From: Rubrimonas sp.
Lineage (GTDB): Bacteria; Pseudomonadota; Alphaproteobacteria; Rhodobacterales; Rhodobacteraceae
Length of the DNA: 64,000 nucleotides
Direction of reading: 5' to 3'
NCBI GenBank assembly: GCA_036735545.1
Contig: DAINOD010000007.1
Coordinates: 2,972-66,971 of the forward strand
The first letter of the stretch is position 1. The number at the start of each line of letters is the position of its first letter. Below the pieces are notes generated by a model. It was not told the DNA's origin. It saw nothing but the letters and a program-made list of their open reading frames with translations, and ran no database searches. Positions 29,092 to 37,917 of this stretch are shown in pieces. The position numbers and the translations under genes were made by a program.

Positions 29092-29580
29092 TCACCCATC
29101 GCGCCTGCCCGCCAGCACGCCCACGAGCCTCAGCGCCGCCGCCAGAGCAGCCAGCGCGCACCCCGCCAGCAAGGCCCCCCAATAGATGATCATCGGCAGC
29201 CCGAGGTCCTGGCTCACGTCGCCCCAGCCGTGCACCCGCATCGCCTGCGGCCACGCCGTCCACAGGATCAGCGCCATGAAGCCGACCCCCAGGGCGAGCG
29301 CCAGCGCGTCGAGCGCCCGGCGCGCCAGGGCGGGCGCCGCTTCGGTGGCGATCTCGACGCGGACATGGGCGCCGGTGTGGAAGGCCCACGGGATCGCGAG
29401 AAACGCCGCCGTCATCACCGAGAGCTGCGTGAGGTCCACCGTGCCGAGCACGGTGAAGCCCAGGCCGCGCCGGCCCACCACGTCTGCGGCCACAACGCCG
29501 ATTGCGGCGACGAGCGCCGCCATGCCGATCAGCGCCGCCGCGGCGAAAAGGCGGCCCGCGGCGCGATCCAGACGGTCCAC
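29092..29580 (-). CDS. dctQ: TRAP transporter small permease
   Basis: ORF 29092..29580. 162 aa, four TM segments. GTG start directly abuts the stop of the SBP gene. Confidence 0.8.
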   Translation of the reverse strand: MDRLDRAAGRLFAAAALIGMAALVAAIGVVAADVVGRRGLGFTVLGTVDLTQLSVMTAAFLAIPWAFHTGAHVRVEIATEAAPALARRALDALALALGVGFMALILWTAWPQAMRVHGWGDVSQDLGLPMIIYWGALLAGCALAALAAALRLVGVLAGRRDG

Positions 29581-30609
29581 CTAGCGCCCGGCCTCGGCGT
29601 CGAACTGCGCCACCAACGCCTGCGCCCGGGCGTAGAGCGCGCGGGCCTGCGGCGCGCCGCCGGCCTCGAGCTCCGCCAGATAGGCGTCGATCATCGGCTC
29701 GAGCTCGGCGAGCCACGCCGCCCGCGTCGCCTGATCCACCGGCACGATGGCGTTGCCGCGGGCCTCGGCGTCGGCGCGGCCCGAGGCGTCCCACCTGGCC
29801 CACCAGTCGCCGAACTTTGCGACCAGCGCCTCGCCGGTGGTCTCGTCGATCATGGCCTTGAGATCGTCGGGCATCCGCTCGTAGGTCTGCTTGTTCATCA
29901 CGACGTAGAAGGCGGCGGTGTAAGCCCGCGCGTCGGTGTGGCAGCACAGCAGTTCGTTCAGCTTGATCGCGCCCACAAGGTCCCACGTCGTCACCAGACC
30001 GTCGAGGACGCCCTTCTGCAGGTTCTCGTAGATCTGCGCCGGCGGCATCCCGACCGGGCTCGCCCCGAGGCTCTCCAGCATCGCCGATGCGGCCGGGCCG
30101 GGCGAACGCATCCTCAGGCCGCGCAGGTCGGCCAGGCTCTCCACCGGCTTGGCGCGCGTGTGGAACAGACCGCCATTGTGAACGTAGAGGGCGAGGACGT
30201 GGAAGTCGTCGTACTCCCCGCCCAGCGCCCCTTCCTTGTGCAGCGCCCACAGGGCCTTCGAGCCCGAATCGGCATGCTCGACGAGAAAGGGCAGCTCGAT
30301 GACGGAGGTCGCAGGGAAGCGGCCGCGCGGGATGCCGGCGAGCCCCAGCGCCACGTCCACCACGCCTGCGCGCACCTGATCGGCCTGCCGCGCCGCATCG
30401 CCGAAGGCGGAGGGGCCGGGGAAGATCTCGTAGGCGATCCGACCGCCGCTGCGCGCCTTGAGGTCCTCCGCCCAGGGCCCGAGGAAATCAGTCTGGAAAC
30501 CGTGGCCCGGCGGCAGATAGTGGCTGATCCTCAGCGTCACGTCCTGCGCCGCGGCCGGACTGAGCGCCAGGATGGCGAGCCCGGCGAAGGCCCCGAACAA
30601 CTTGCGCAT
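29581..30609 (-). CDS. dctP: TRAP transporter substrate-binding protein
   Basis: Part of ORF 29581..30723. Start MRKLFGAFAGLAILALSPAAAQD (signal peptide). DctP-family body (LRISHYLPPGH.., FHVLALYVHNGG..). Confidence 0.85.
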   Translation of the reverse strand: MRKLFGAFAGLAILALSPAAAQDVTLRISHYLPPGHGFQTDFLGPWAEDLKARSGGRIAYEIFPGPSAFGDAARQADQVRAGVVDVALGLAGIPRGRFPATSVIELPFLVEHADSGSKALWALHKEGALGGEYDDFHVLALYVHNGGLFHTRAKPVESLADLRGLRMRSPGPAASAMLESLGASPVGMPPAQIYENLQKGVLDGLVTTWDLVGAIKLNELLCCHTDARAYTAAFYVVMNKQTYERMPDDLKAMIDETTGEALVAKFGDWWARWDASGRADAEARGNAIVPVDQATRAAWLAELEPMIDAYLAELEAGGAPQARALYARAQALVAQFDAEAGR

Positions 30610-30670
30610 TCCCGTTCTCCTCCCTGTCCGACGTCGTGCGCGCCGGTGCATCGTCAGAATAGCCGCGAAG

Positions 30671-31297
30671 TCAGACCGCGTCGCCCTCCAGCCGCCAGAA
30701 GCCCAGCGCCTGTTGCGCCGCACGGTCCGAGAAGGCGAACAGGACGGTCTCAGCCGTCGCTTCTATGCGCAGGCTGGACCACGGCGGCGCCACGAACACC
30801 GAGCGCGGCGCGATGGGCGCGACCATGTCGTCGATGCGCAGAGCGCCGGCGCCCTCGACGACGACGATCACCTGGCTCTCGGTGCTGCGCGGCGGCGCGA
30901 CGGTCGCGCCGGCGCGCACCTGTCGTGCGAAGGCCGCCAGCGTGCGCAGGGCGGGGCCGCCGGCGGTGGGGTCGCCGAACTCCACCACGGCGGTATCGCC
31001 GCCGTCCGCCTCAAGCGCCGCGGCCAGCGACGGGCGCCACTCGGCGTAGGGGTAGCAGACGACGCCGTCGCCGCGCTGGCGCGCCGTGGGCCGCCCGTCG
31101 GCGTCGAGCGGGCGCAGGGCGCGCGCCATGAGCGTGGAGCGCGTGTCCGGCCGCGCGTTGGCCGACACGCCGGGGCCGTGCTCGGCGAACTCGGCGGCGA
31201 AGAAGCGCACGACGGGAATGTCCAGGCCGTCGAGCCACACGGCGGGCGCCGCGCCGTGGTTGCCGTGCTCGTGCCAGCAGGAGGGCGGGGTCAGCAC
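30671..31297 (-). pseudogene. C-terminal ~60% of a gentisate 1,2-dioxygenase-like bicupin (N-terminal cupin metal ligands missing)
   Basis: ORF 30671..31297 begins inside the conserved ..LTPxWxWHxHGN.. motif (VLTPPSCWHEHGNHG..VWLDGLDIPVV). The ~150 aa that normally precede it, including the HxH ligands, are absent. An IclR fragment occupies that space. Confidence 0.5.
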
Positions 31298-31538
31298 GCG
31301 CCAGCGCCTGCGGCCCGAGGCGGTAGTTTCCTGACGCCTTGTCCTGCCCCGCCAGTCCCGCCGCCACCAGACTGGCGAGATACCTGTGCGCCATCGCCGG
31401 GGCCATGCCGGCGCGGGCGGCGAGTTCCTTCAACGGCGCCGGCCGGCCGGCCGCCGCCAGCGCCGCCAGCATCGCTCCCGCCTTGAGCGCCGCCCCTACG
31501 ACCACGAGCCGAAAGCCACGCCGCATCTCCTTGTCCAC
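31298..31538 (-). pseudogene. N-terminal HTH fragment of an IclR-family regulator
   Basis: ORF 31011..31538. The first ~80 aa read ALKAGAMLAALAAAGRPAPLKELAARAGMAPAMAHRYLASLVAAGLAGQDKASGNYRLGPQAL (IclR wHTH). The frame then turns into Arg/Pro-rich read-through over the dioxygenase fragment. No effector domain is present. Confidence 0.5.
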
Positions 31539-31940
31539 CGCAGCACCTTCGATGCGCGGCGACGGGTTCGGTCAATCCGCCAACCCGGTGTCGGACTGCG
31601 GGCGGACATGGACGCCCTGCCGATGCAGGCGCGGGGCGAGGTCGCCTGGCGGCCGGCGCCTCCCGGCGAGCCTGCTTCTGCGGGCGCTGGACCCCAGCAT
31701 GGGCGACCTCTTCGCCGGAACGACGCCCCGGGACGCGATGCGCGCGTCTTCGCAGTGACGATCCCGAGGCGACCGGCTCCCCATGCTTACCGATTAACCA
31801 GCGCGTCTCGCGGGACACGCCTTTTGCGCACAATCCGCTTGTCTGGCGGCCTTCATGCCTGAAGTCGCCGCTGTGGCGCCATTCTTGCGTGACTTACGGG
31901 CAAGCCGGCCTGTCTGGGTCAGCAGCATACAGGAGACGCC

Positions 31941-32903
31941 ATGACTGTTTCGCGATCCATCCTCCTCGCCGGAGCACTGGCCATCGTTCCCGCCATCGCG
32001 TCGGCGGACGTTTCGCTGCCCTGCCGGACCGCACAACTCATCGTGCCGTGGGCCGCGGGCGGAGACACGGACGTCGTGCTGCGCGCGGTGGCGGAGGCCG
32101 TGACGGCGCAGGGCGGAACCCCGCTGCAGGTCGTGAACGTCCCCGGCCAGGGCGGCAACCTGGGCGCGAAGCAGGCCGCCGCGGCGGCCCCGGACGGCTG
32201 CACCCTTTTCGCAATCCACCAGAGCGCGATCACAAGCTACCTGACAGGGCGCATCGAGTTCAGCCACGAAGCCTTCGATCCGGTTGCGCTGATGGTCTCG
32301 ACCCCCGCCATCTACGGCGCCGCCGCCGACACGCCCTTCGACACGCTGGAGGAGATGGTCGCCTACGCGCGCGAGAACCCCGGCCAGCTTCTCGCGGGCA
32401 GCACGCTGGGCTCGACCAGCCATTTTGCGCTTCTCCTGCTCGAGGATGCGACGGGCGCGAGCTTCAACCACATCTCCTACGAGGGCACGCGGGAGCGGAT
32501 GACGGCGCTGCTGTCGGGTGTGATCCAGTTGGCCGAGATCAACCTCGCCGCCAGCGCGCAATACATCACGACGGGCGAGTTGAAGTCGCTGGCCATCACC
32601 AGCCCCGAGCGTCACCCGGACGTCCCCGACGTGCCGACAGCGCGGGAGGCGGGGGCGGACGTGCTCTATGGCACCGACCGCGGCGTGGTGCTTCCAAAGG
32701 GCGCCGACGCCGAAGTCCAGGCCTACTGGGTGGAGCGGATGCGCCTTGCGGCGGAGTCGCCGGAGTTCCAGGAGCGCATCGCAAACCTCGGCTCGACCGT
32801 CACCTTTCTCGGCGGCCCGGCTTACGGGGAATACTTCGTCGAGACGCTGGAGACGTGGCGCACGATCGCGCAGACCGTCGGCGTCTACAGCCCGATGAAC
32901 TAG
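31941..32903 (+). CDS. tctC: tripartite tricarboxylate transporter (TTT) substrate-binding protein, Bug/TctC family
   Basis: ORF 31941..32903. Signal peptide ILLAGALAIVPAIASA. LIVPWAAGGDTDVVLRAV and NVPGQGGNLG are Bug-family hallmarks. Confidence 0.9.
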   Translation: MTVSRSILLAGALAIVPAIASADVSLPCRTAQLIVPWAAGGDTDVVLRAVAEAVTAQGGTPLQVVNVPGQGGNLGAKQAAAAAPDGCTLFAIHQSAITSYLTGRIEFSHEAFDPVALMVSTPAIYGAAADTPFDTLEEMVAYARENPGQLLAGSTLGSTSHFALLLLEDATGASFNHISYEGTRERMTALLSGVIQLAEINLAASAQYITTGELKSLAITSPERHPDVPDVPTAREAGADVLYGTDRGVVLPKGADAEVQAYWVERMRLAAESPEFQERIANLGSTVTFLGGPAYGEYFVETLETWRTIAQTVGVYSPMN

Positions 32904-32920
32904 AGCCTCGGGACAGCTTC

Positions 32921-33424
32921 GTGCGCTTGAATCGCGACGCCGCCGTCGCGTTGGGTCTGGCGCTCTTCGTCGCCGTCATGGCGATGGAGAGCTTCAACAT
33001 CCGACGGACCGCGTTTTCCTCGTTGCCCGCCGCCACATGGCCGCGCCTGCTGCTTGGCGCGCTGGGCGTGCTGACGGCGGTCTATCTCGCCCAGTCCCTG
33101 CGGGGGAGGGTGGCGCCGGCCGAACTCGACGAGATCGAGCGCGGCGCGCCCCCCGGCCTTTTGGCGGCATGGCGACGGCACGGCAACCCGGTGCTCTGCT
33201 TCGTCGCCTTTCTCGCGTTCATCGCCCTGATCCCTGCGCTCGGCATGCTTCTGGGCGGCGTGGCGTTCGTGTTCGTCTGCCTGTGCCTGCTCGGCGAGCG
33301 GACCCTGCGCGCGACGGCGCTGCACGCCGTCGTGGCGCTGGTCAGCGTCACGGCGATGTGGGCGGTGTTCACCTACGGACTGGGCGTCTTCCTGCCTGCA
33401 GGCCGTATCCTGCCCCTGCGCTGA
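32921..33424 (+). CDS. tctB: TTT small membrane protein TctB
   Basis: Last 167 codons of ORF 31889..33424. GTG at 32921. Four hydrophobic segments. Position between tctC and tctA. Confidence 0.7.
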   Translation: MRLNRDAAVALGLALFVAVMAMESFNIRRTAFSSLPAATWPRLLLGALGVLTAVYLAQSLRGRVAPAELDEIERGAPPGLLAAWRRHGNPVLCFVAFLAFIALIPALGMLLGGVAFVFVCLCLLGERTLRATALHAVVALVSVTAMWAVFTYGLGVFLPAGRILPLR

Positions 33425-33459
33425 CGGCCATATCAGCATCCCCGTCGACGGAGCCCCCG

Positions 33460-35124
33460 ATGTCCGACCTTATGGCCCGCGTTTTCGTCGACGTTTTCGA
33501 CCTCACCACGCTGTCGCTGATGCTGCTGGGCGTCTTCGCAGGCATCATCGCAGGGGCCATCCCGGGCTTCACCATCACGATGGCCGTCGTGCTGACGCTG
33601 CCGTTCACATTCGGGCTGAACGCCGTGGACGGGATCGCCACCATGATGGGCGTCTATGTCGGCGGGCTCTCGGGCGGGTTGTTGTCGGGCATCCTGCTGG
33701 GCATTCCCGGCACGCCCTCCAGCGTGGCCACGACGTTCGACGGTCACCCCATGGCCAGACGCGGCGAGGCGGGGTTCGCGCTCGGGCTCGGCCTGTGGTC
33801 TTCGTTCTTCGGCGGGATCCTGGGCGCGGCGATGCTGGTGGCGCTGGCCCCGCCGCTCGCCCGGATCGGGCTTGAGTTCGGCCCGTGGGAGTACTTTGCG
33901 CTCACCGCCTTCGCGCTGACGATCACCGCCAGCCTGTCGGGCGAGACCCTGCTCAAGGGCCTGATCGCCGCGGTGCTGGGCCTGTTCGTCGCGACCATCG
34001 GCGAGGACGGGATCAACGGCGTGGCGCGTTTCACCTTCGGCTTCGACGACGTGCGACAGGGTTTCTCCGAACTGCCGGTCCTCGTCGGCTTGTTCGCGTT
34101 CAGCCAGTTGATGAGCGACATGCGCGATCCTGCACGCGCCCGAGGGCCCCTGTTCGGCGGCGACGCCGCAACGCCCGTCCGCATCGAGCACCTGCGTGCG
34201 ATCCGGGAGATCGCGCGGCAATGGGTGAACCTGCTCCGCTCCACCTGCATCGGCGTCTTCACCGGCGCGCTGCCAGCGGCTGGCGGGGCGATCTCGAACA
34301 TTCTCGCCTACGACCAGGCGCGCAAGTTCTCTCGCGATCCGAGTGCGTTCGGGACGGGGACGCCGGCGGGCGTCATCGCGCCCGAAAGCTCCAACAACGC
34401 CACGGCCGGCGGCGCGCTGATCATGATGATGGCCCTCGGCATTCCCGGCGACGTGGTGACGGCGGTCATGTTGGGCGCGCTGACGATCCACAACGTCGTG
34501 CCGAGCCCGACCTTCATCCGCGACCAACCGCAAATCGCCTATGCGCTTTTCCTCGCCTTCTTTCTGGCTCACTTCATGATGGTGGGCACGCAGGCCGTGG
34601 CCATTCGCGGCTTTCTGGCGCTCACGCGCGTGCGGTTCTACCTGCTCGGCGTCGTGATCCTGTTCTACTGCGCCGTCGGGGCCTTCGCGCTCAACAACGT
34701 GGGGCAGGACCTCTGGACGCTGCTCGTGTTCGGCGTCCTCGGCTACGGCATGCGGCTGCTGGGATTTCCGTTGGCCCCCATGATCCTCGGCGTCATCCTC
34801 AGCGGCGTCGCCGAGCGCAACCTGTCGCGCGCGGTGTCGATAAGCAGCGACTACACGCTGTTCCTCACGCGCCCGTTCTCGCTGTTCTTCGTGGTGCTGT
34901 CGGTGTTCTCGCTGCTCTACCCGCTGTATCAGGCGCGCCGGGACGTTGCGCGGTGGACGGACTTCTACGGTCCCGCCCTTTGCCTTTCGCTGTCGCCGCC
35001 GCTCATGATGATGCGCGGCGAGGTGCGGCCGGTCGTCGGCGCGGCGCTCGCCGTGGCGGGCCTCTGGCTGGGCTGGCGCGCGCTTCGCGCGCCGAGGCGC
35101 GTCGAAAGGGAGGGCGGAACATGA
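33460..35124 (+). CDS. tctA: TTT large permease TctA
   Basis: Part of ORF 33037..35124. ATG at 33460 (MSDLMARVFVDVFDLTTLSL). GAIPGFTITMAVVLTLPFTFG and GIPGTPSSVATTFDGHPMARRGEAG are TctA signatures. Confidence 0.9.
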   Translation: MSDLMARVFVDVFDLTTLSLMLLGVFAGIIAGAIPGFTITMAVVLTLPFTFGLNAVDGIATMMGVYVGGLSGGLLSGILLGIPGTPSSVATTFDGHPMARRGEAGFALGLGLWSSFFGGILGAAMLVALAPPLARIGLEFGPWEYFALTAFALTITASLSGETLLKGLIAAVLGLFVATIGEDGINGVARFTFGFDDVRQGFSELPVLVGLFAFSQLMSDMRDPARARGPLFGGDAATPVRIEHLRAIREIARQWVNLLRSTCIGVFTGALPAAGGAISNILAYDQARKFSRDPSAFGTGTPAGVIAPESSNNATAGGALIMMMALGIPGDVVTAVMLGALTIHNVVPSPTFIRDQPQIAYALFLAFFLAHFMMVGTQAVAIRGFLALTRVRFYLLGVVILFYCAVGAFALNNVGQDLWTLLVFGVLGYGMRLLGFPLAPMILGVILSGVAERNLSRAVSISSDYTLFLTRPFSLFFVVLSVFSLLYPLYQARRDVARWTDFYGPALCLSLSPPLMMMRGEVRPVVGAALAVAGLWLGWRALRAPRRVEREGGT

Positions 35125-35924
35125 CACCACTGCGCGTCGGGCTGGCGGGACTGGGCGCCGTCGGCAAGGTCGTCGCGGAGCGCCTGATCGATGGGGTTCC
35201 CGGACTGGCGCTGGCGGCGCTCGGCGTTCGCGACGAAGGCCGAGCCCGCGCGGCGCTCCCCCGCTTCGACGGACCCGTCGTCTCGCTGGAGGAACTCGCG
35301 GCGCTGAGCGACGTCGTGGTCGAAGGCCTTCCGCCGCCTGCTTTCCTCAGCGTCGCCGTCCCGGCGCTGGAGCAGGGTCGCATCTTCGTGCCCCTCAGCG
35401 TCGGGCAACTGCTGGAGCACTGGGACCTCGTCGGGCTCGCCGAGGCGCGGGGCGCCCGCATCGTCGTCCCCACCGGCGCGCTGCTGGGGCTCGACGCGGT
35501 GCGCGCGGCGGCGGAGGGCGAGATCCGCTCGGTCGCCATGGTGACGCGCAAGCCGCCCGCCGGGTTGGCCGGCGCGCCGTGGATCGTCTCGCAGGGGTTC
35601 GATCTGGACGGTCTGGCCGAGCCTCTCAAGGTCTTCGAGGGGTCTGTCCGCGAGGGGGCGAAGGGTTTTCCGGCGAACCTCAATGTGGCCGCGGCCCTGA
35701 GCCTCGCCGGAATCGGTCCGGACCGCACGACATTGCAGGTCTGGGCCGATCCGGGCGTCACCCGCAACACCCACACCATAACCGTCGATGCCGACAGCGC
35801 CCGCTTCACCATGACGATCGAGAACGTGCCGACCGTCGAGAACCCCCGCACGGGCCGCATAACGGCGCTCAGCACCGTCGCCGCGCTCAGGGGGCTGACG
35901 GCGCCGCTGCGCATCGGAAGCTGA
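35121..35924 (+). CDS. aspartate dehydrogenase-like NAD(P) oxidoreductase (NadX/DUF108 family)
   Basis: Last 267 codons of ORF 33885..35924. The ATG overlaps the tctA TGA (ATGA). Rossmann RVGLAGLGAVGKVV. C-terminal PANLNVAAALSLAG..NTHTITVDADSARFTMTIENVPTVENPRTGRITALS matches my recollection of L-aspartate dehydrogenases. Confidence 0.8.
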   Translation: MTPLRVGLAGLGAVGKVVAERLIDGVPGLALAALGVRDEGRARAALPRFDGPVVSLEELAALSDVVVEGLPPPAFLSVAVPALEQGRIFVPLSVGQLLEHWDLVGLAEARGARIVVPTGALLGLDAVRAAAEGEIRSVAMVTRKPPAGLAGAPWIVSQGFDLDGLAEPLKVFEGSVREGAKGFPANLNVAAALSLAGIGPDRTTLQVWADPGVTRNTHTITVDADSARFTMTIENVPTVENPRTGRITALSTVAALRGLTAPLRIGS

Positions 35925-36344
35925 TCGCGTCGCCGAACCCGGCCGGCACGCCGTCCAGCGCGGTCTGATTCAGCGCTCGCGCCACGGAACGGGCAGAAAA
36001 CTACGTCAGACAGAAGTCTTGTGGGGTGGGAGAACTGACGTTCGCGTTGAATTCCGGCAGGGTGTGGAGCGCGGAGATTCTCTTGGAAAGCTTTGCGAGG
36101 CTGGCCCGTGCCGGGATACGTCGTATAGCTGCACCGAGAATTACTCTCGCACTTGACCCCTGGATTTGTAATTTGCGATTTTTTCGACAATCCGTGCGTA
36201 TCTGCCCTCGACTATTAGACATAGCCAGGCGCGAACTTGACGTTCCGGCTCTACAGGCCGTGGCGAGCCTGCCGCATCATAGCAACCATTGACTGATTTG
36301 CAGCGATACAGCGCCGCGGCGATTCCGAGCGAACAAAAAGCCTC

Positions 36345-37916
36345 TCACGGCGGCGGCGCCACGCCGGCATAGACCGCGAGGGCGGCGACGAAGGCCGCCA
36401 CCGTCGTGCCGAGTTGGAAGAGGGCGAAGCGCTCGCGCCACCCGGAACCCTCGCCGGCGCTCTGGTTGCCGCGGTTCGACCACTTCTGCTTCGATAAGTG
36501 GAAGATCATGTATATCTTGACCGAAGCGTTTATCAACTGGTTGAAGTAGAGGATGAACGGCCAGCTCAGATCCGGCCTGCGCGCATAACTGTACAGTACG
36601 GTCGACAGAACCAGCCGGGAAGCCACCAGCCAGATCAGCACGTTCCAGAGATAGACGGGGTCGATCAGCGCGGCGAAGATGGCCAGCGCGGGACTGACCA
36701 TCATCGTCCACATCGCGATGCGCTGGTCCACGACGCACCACCAGATGAAGACCGGCATCGCCCTCGGGCCGAGAGCAATCGCCCGGGCGCCGTTTCGAAG
36801 CATGTTGCCGGACCAGCGGCGGAAGTTCTGCACCATGCGCTCCATCCCCGAGCCCTTGATCACTTCGATCGTGTAGACCGTGGCGTCGGGAACGTAGGTC
36901 ATCTTCGCTCCCTTCGAGAGCAGATGATACCAGGTGGACTTGTCGTCGCCGGAAAGGAAGCGGAAGCGGCCCCAGAGCCAGTGGTCCAGATGGTCGGCCT
37001 CGATCGTGCGGATGAACTTCGCATCCACGATGTGGCGGGCGCGGAAGACGCTCATCCGCCCGGTAAGGGTCAGCACGCGGTTCGAGACGGCATGGGACTG
37101 CATCGCGAGCCTGCGCTGGGCGAAACGCATCTCGAGCCAGCCGCCGATCCATCGGGGCCCGTAGCAGAGCACCTCCTCGTCGGTGGTGAGCGCCTCGAGC
37201 GCCGGGTCGGCGCCGAACATCGACAGCGTCTTCTCCAGCACGTCGGCGCCGAACACCGCGTCGCCGTCCATGAAGATGACGAGATCGTCGGGGTCCACGC
37301 CGCTTCGCGCCATGCCGCGCAGGATCAGGCCGATGGCCATGCGCTTGCCCGGCTGATTCTGGCGCACGAAGGTCAACTCGACGAGACCCGGCGGCAAGTC
37401 GGCGCCATGCGTCTCGACGAAGTCGCGGATGATCGTCTCGTCGAAGGCCGAGCCCGTGCCGATCCACAGCGAGGTTGGGATGCGCTCGCGCCGGACCTGC
37501 CGCAGGATCGACCCGATCACCGCGCGCGTGATGGCGGGCTCCTCGAAGTAGGTCGTCATCTGGATGTGGACGCGCCGCGGCCGCCAGCCGGCGGCCCAGA
37601 GCGCCGAGGCCGCGCGGCGCAGGGGCGGCCACTTCGCGCGGCGGAACCACTCCGCCCGCGCGGCGTGGGTGAACCACCAGCCGAAGCGCCAGAGCCCGAG
37701 CGCGCCCAGCGTGAAGGTGAAGGTCTGCAGATCGGGGCTGAGGAAGCGGTTGGGGACGAGCACGGCCAGGCCGAGGATCACGGCCCACAGCGCGCCGTAG
37801 AGCGCCAGAAAGGACGGCGTCCACTTGGCGAGGCCCCGCGGCGCGGGCGCCGCCAGATCGCGCAGGCGCGCGTCGAGGCTTTTGGCGAACGCGTAGTCGC
37901 CCGGGAGCGCCTGCAT
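36345..37916 (-). CDS. alg8: membrane GT2 polysaccharide synthase, Alg8-like (mannuronan synthase catalytic subunit)
   Basis: ORF 36345..37916. N- and C-terminal TM bundles around a GT2 core: IFMDGDAVF (DxD), LTTDEE, FLSGDDKSTWYHLL, and the QxxRW equivalent QNFRRWSGNMLRN. The order and wording of these motifs match my recollection of Pseudomonas Alg8. Confidence 0.75.
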   Translation of the reverse strand: MQALPGDYAFAKSLDARLRDLAAPAPRGLAKWTPSFLALYGALWAVILGLAVLVPNRFLSPDLQTFTFTLGALGLWRFGWWFTHAARAEWFRRAKWPPLRRAASALWAAGWRPRRVHIQMTTYFEEPAITRAVIGSILRQVRRERIPTSLWIGTGSAFDETIIRDFVETHGADLPPGLVELTFVRQNQPGKRMAIGLILRGMARSGVDPDDLVIFMDGDAVFGADVLEKTLSMFGADPALEALTTDEEVLCYGPRWIGGWLEMRFAQRRLAMQSHAVSNRVLTLTGRMSVFRARHIVDAKFIRTIEADHLDHWLWGRFRFLSGDDKSTWYHLLSKGAKMTYVPDATVYTIEVIKGSGMERMVQNFRRWSGNMLRNGARAIALGPRAMPVFIWWCVVDQRIAMWTMMVSPALAIFAALIDPVYLWNVLIWLVASRLVLSTVLYSYARRPDLSWPFILYFNQLINASVKIYMIFHLSKQKWSNRGNQSAGEGSGWRERFALFQLGTTVAAFVAALAVYAGVAPPP

Positions 37917-37917
37917 C

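Noticed and set aside
27779-30250. 823-aa ORF (and similarly 14011..16398, 15636..17195, 31889..33424, 33037..35124, 33885..35924) taken at full length.
   Set aside because: In each case only the 3' part matches a protein family. The 5' extension overlaps the upstream gene out of frame and is Arg/Pro-rich. Internal starts with ATGA/GTGA coupling or SD sequences fit much better.
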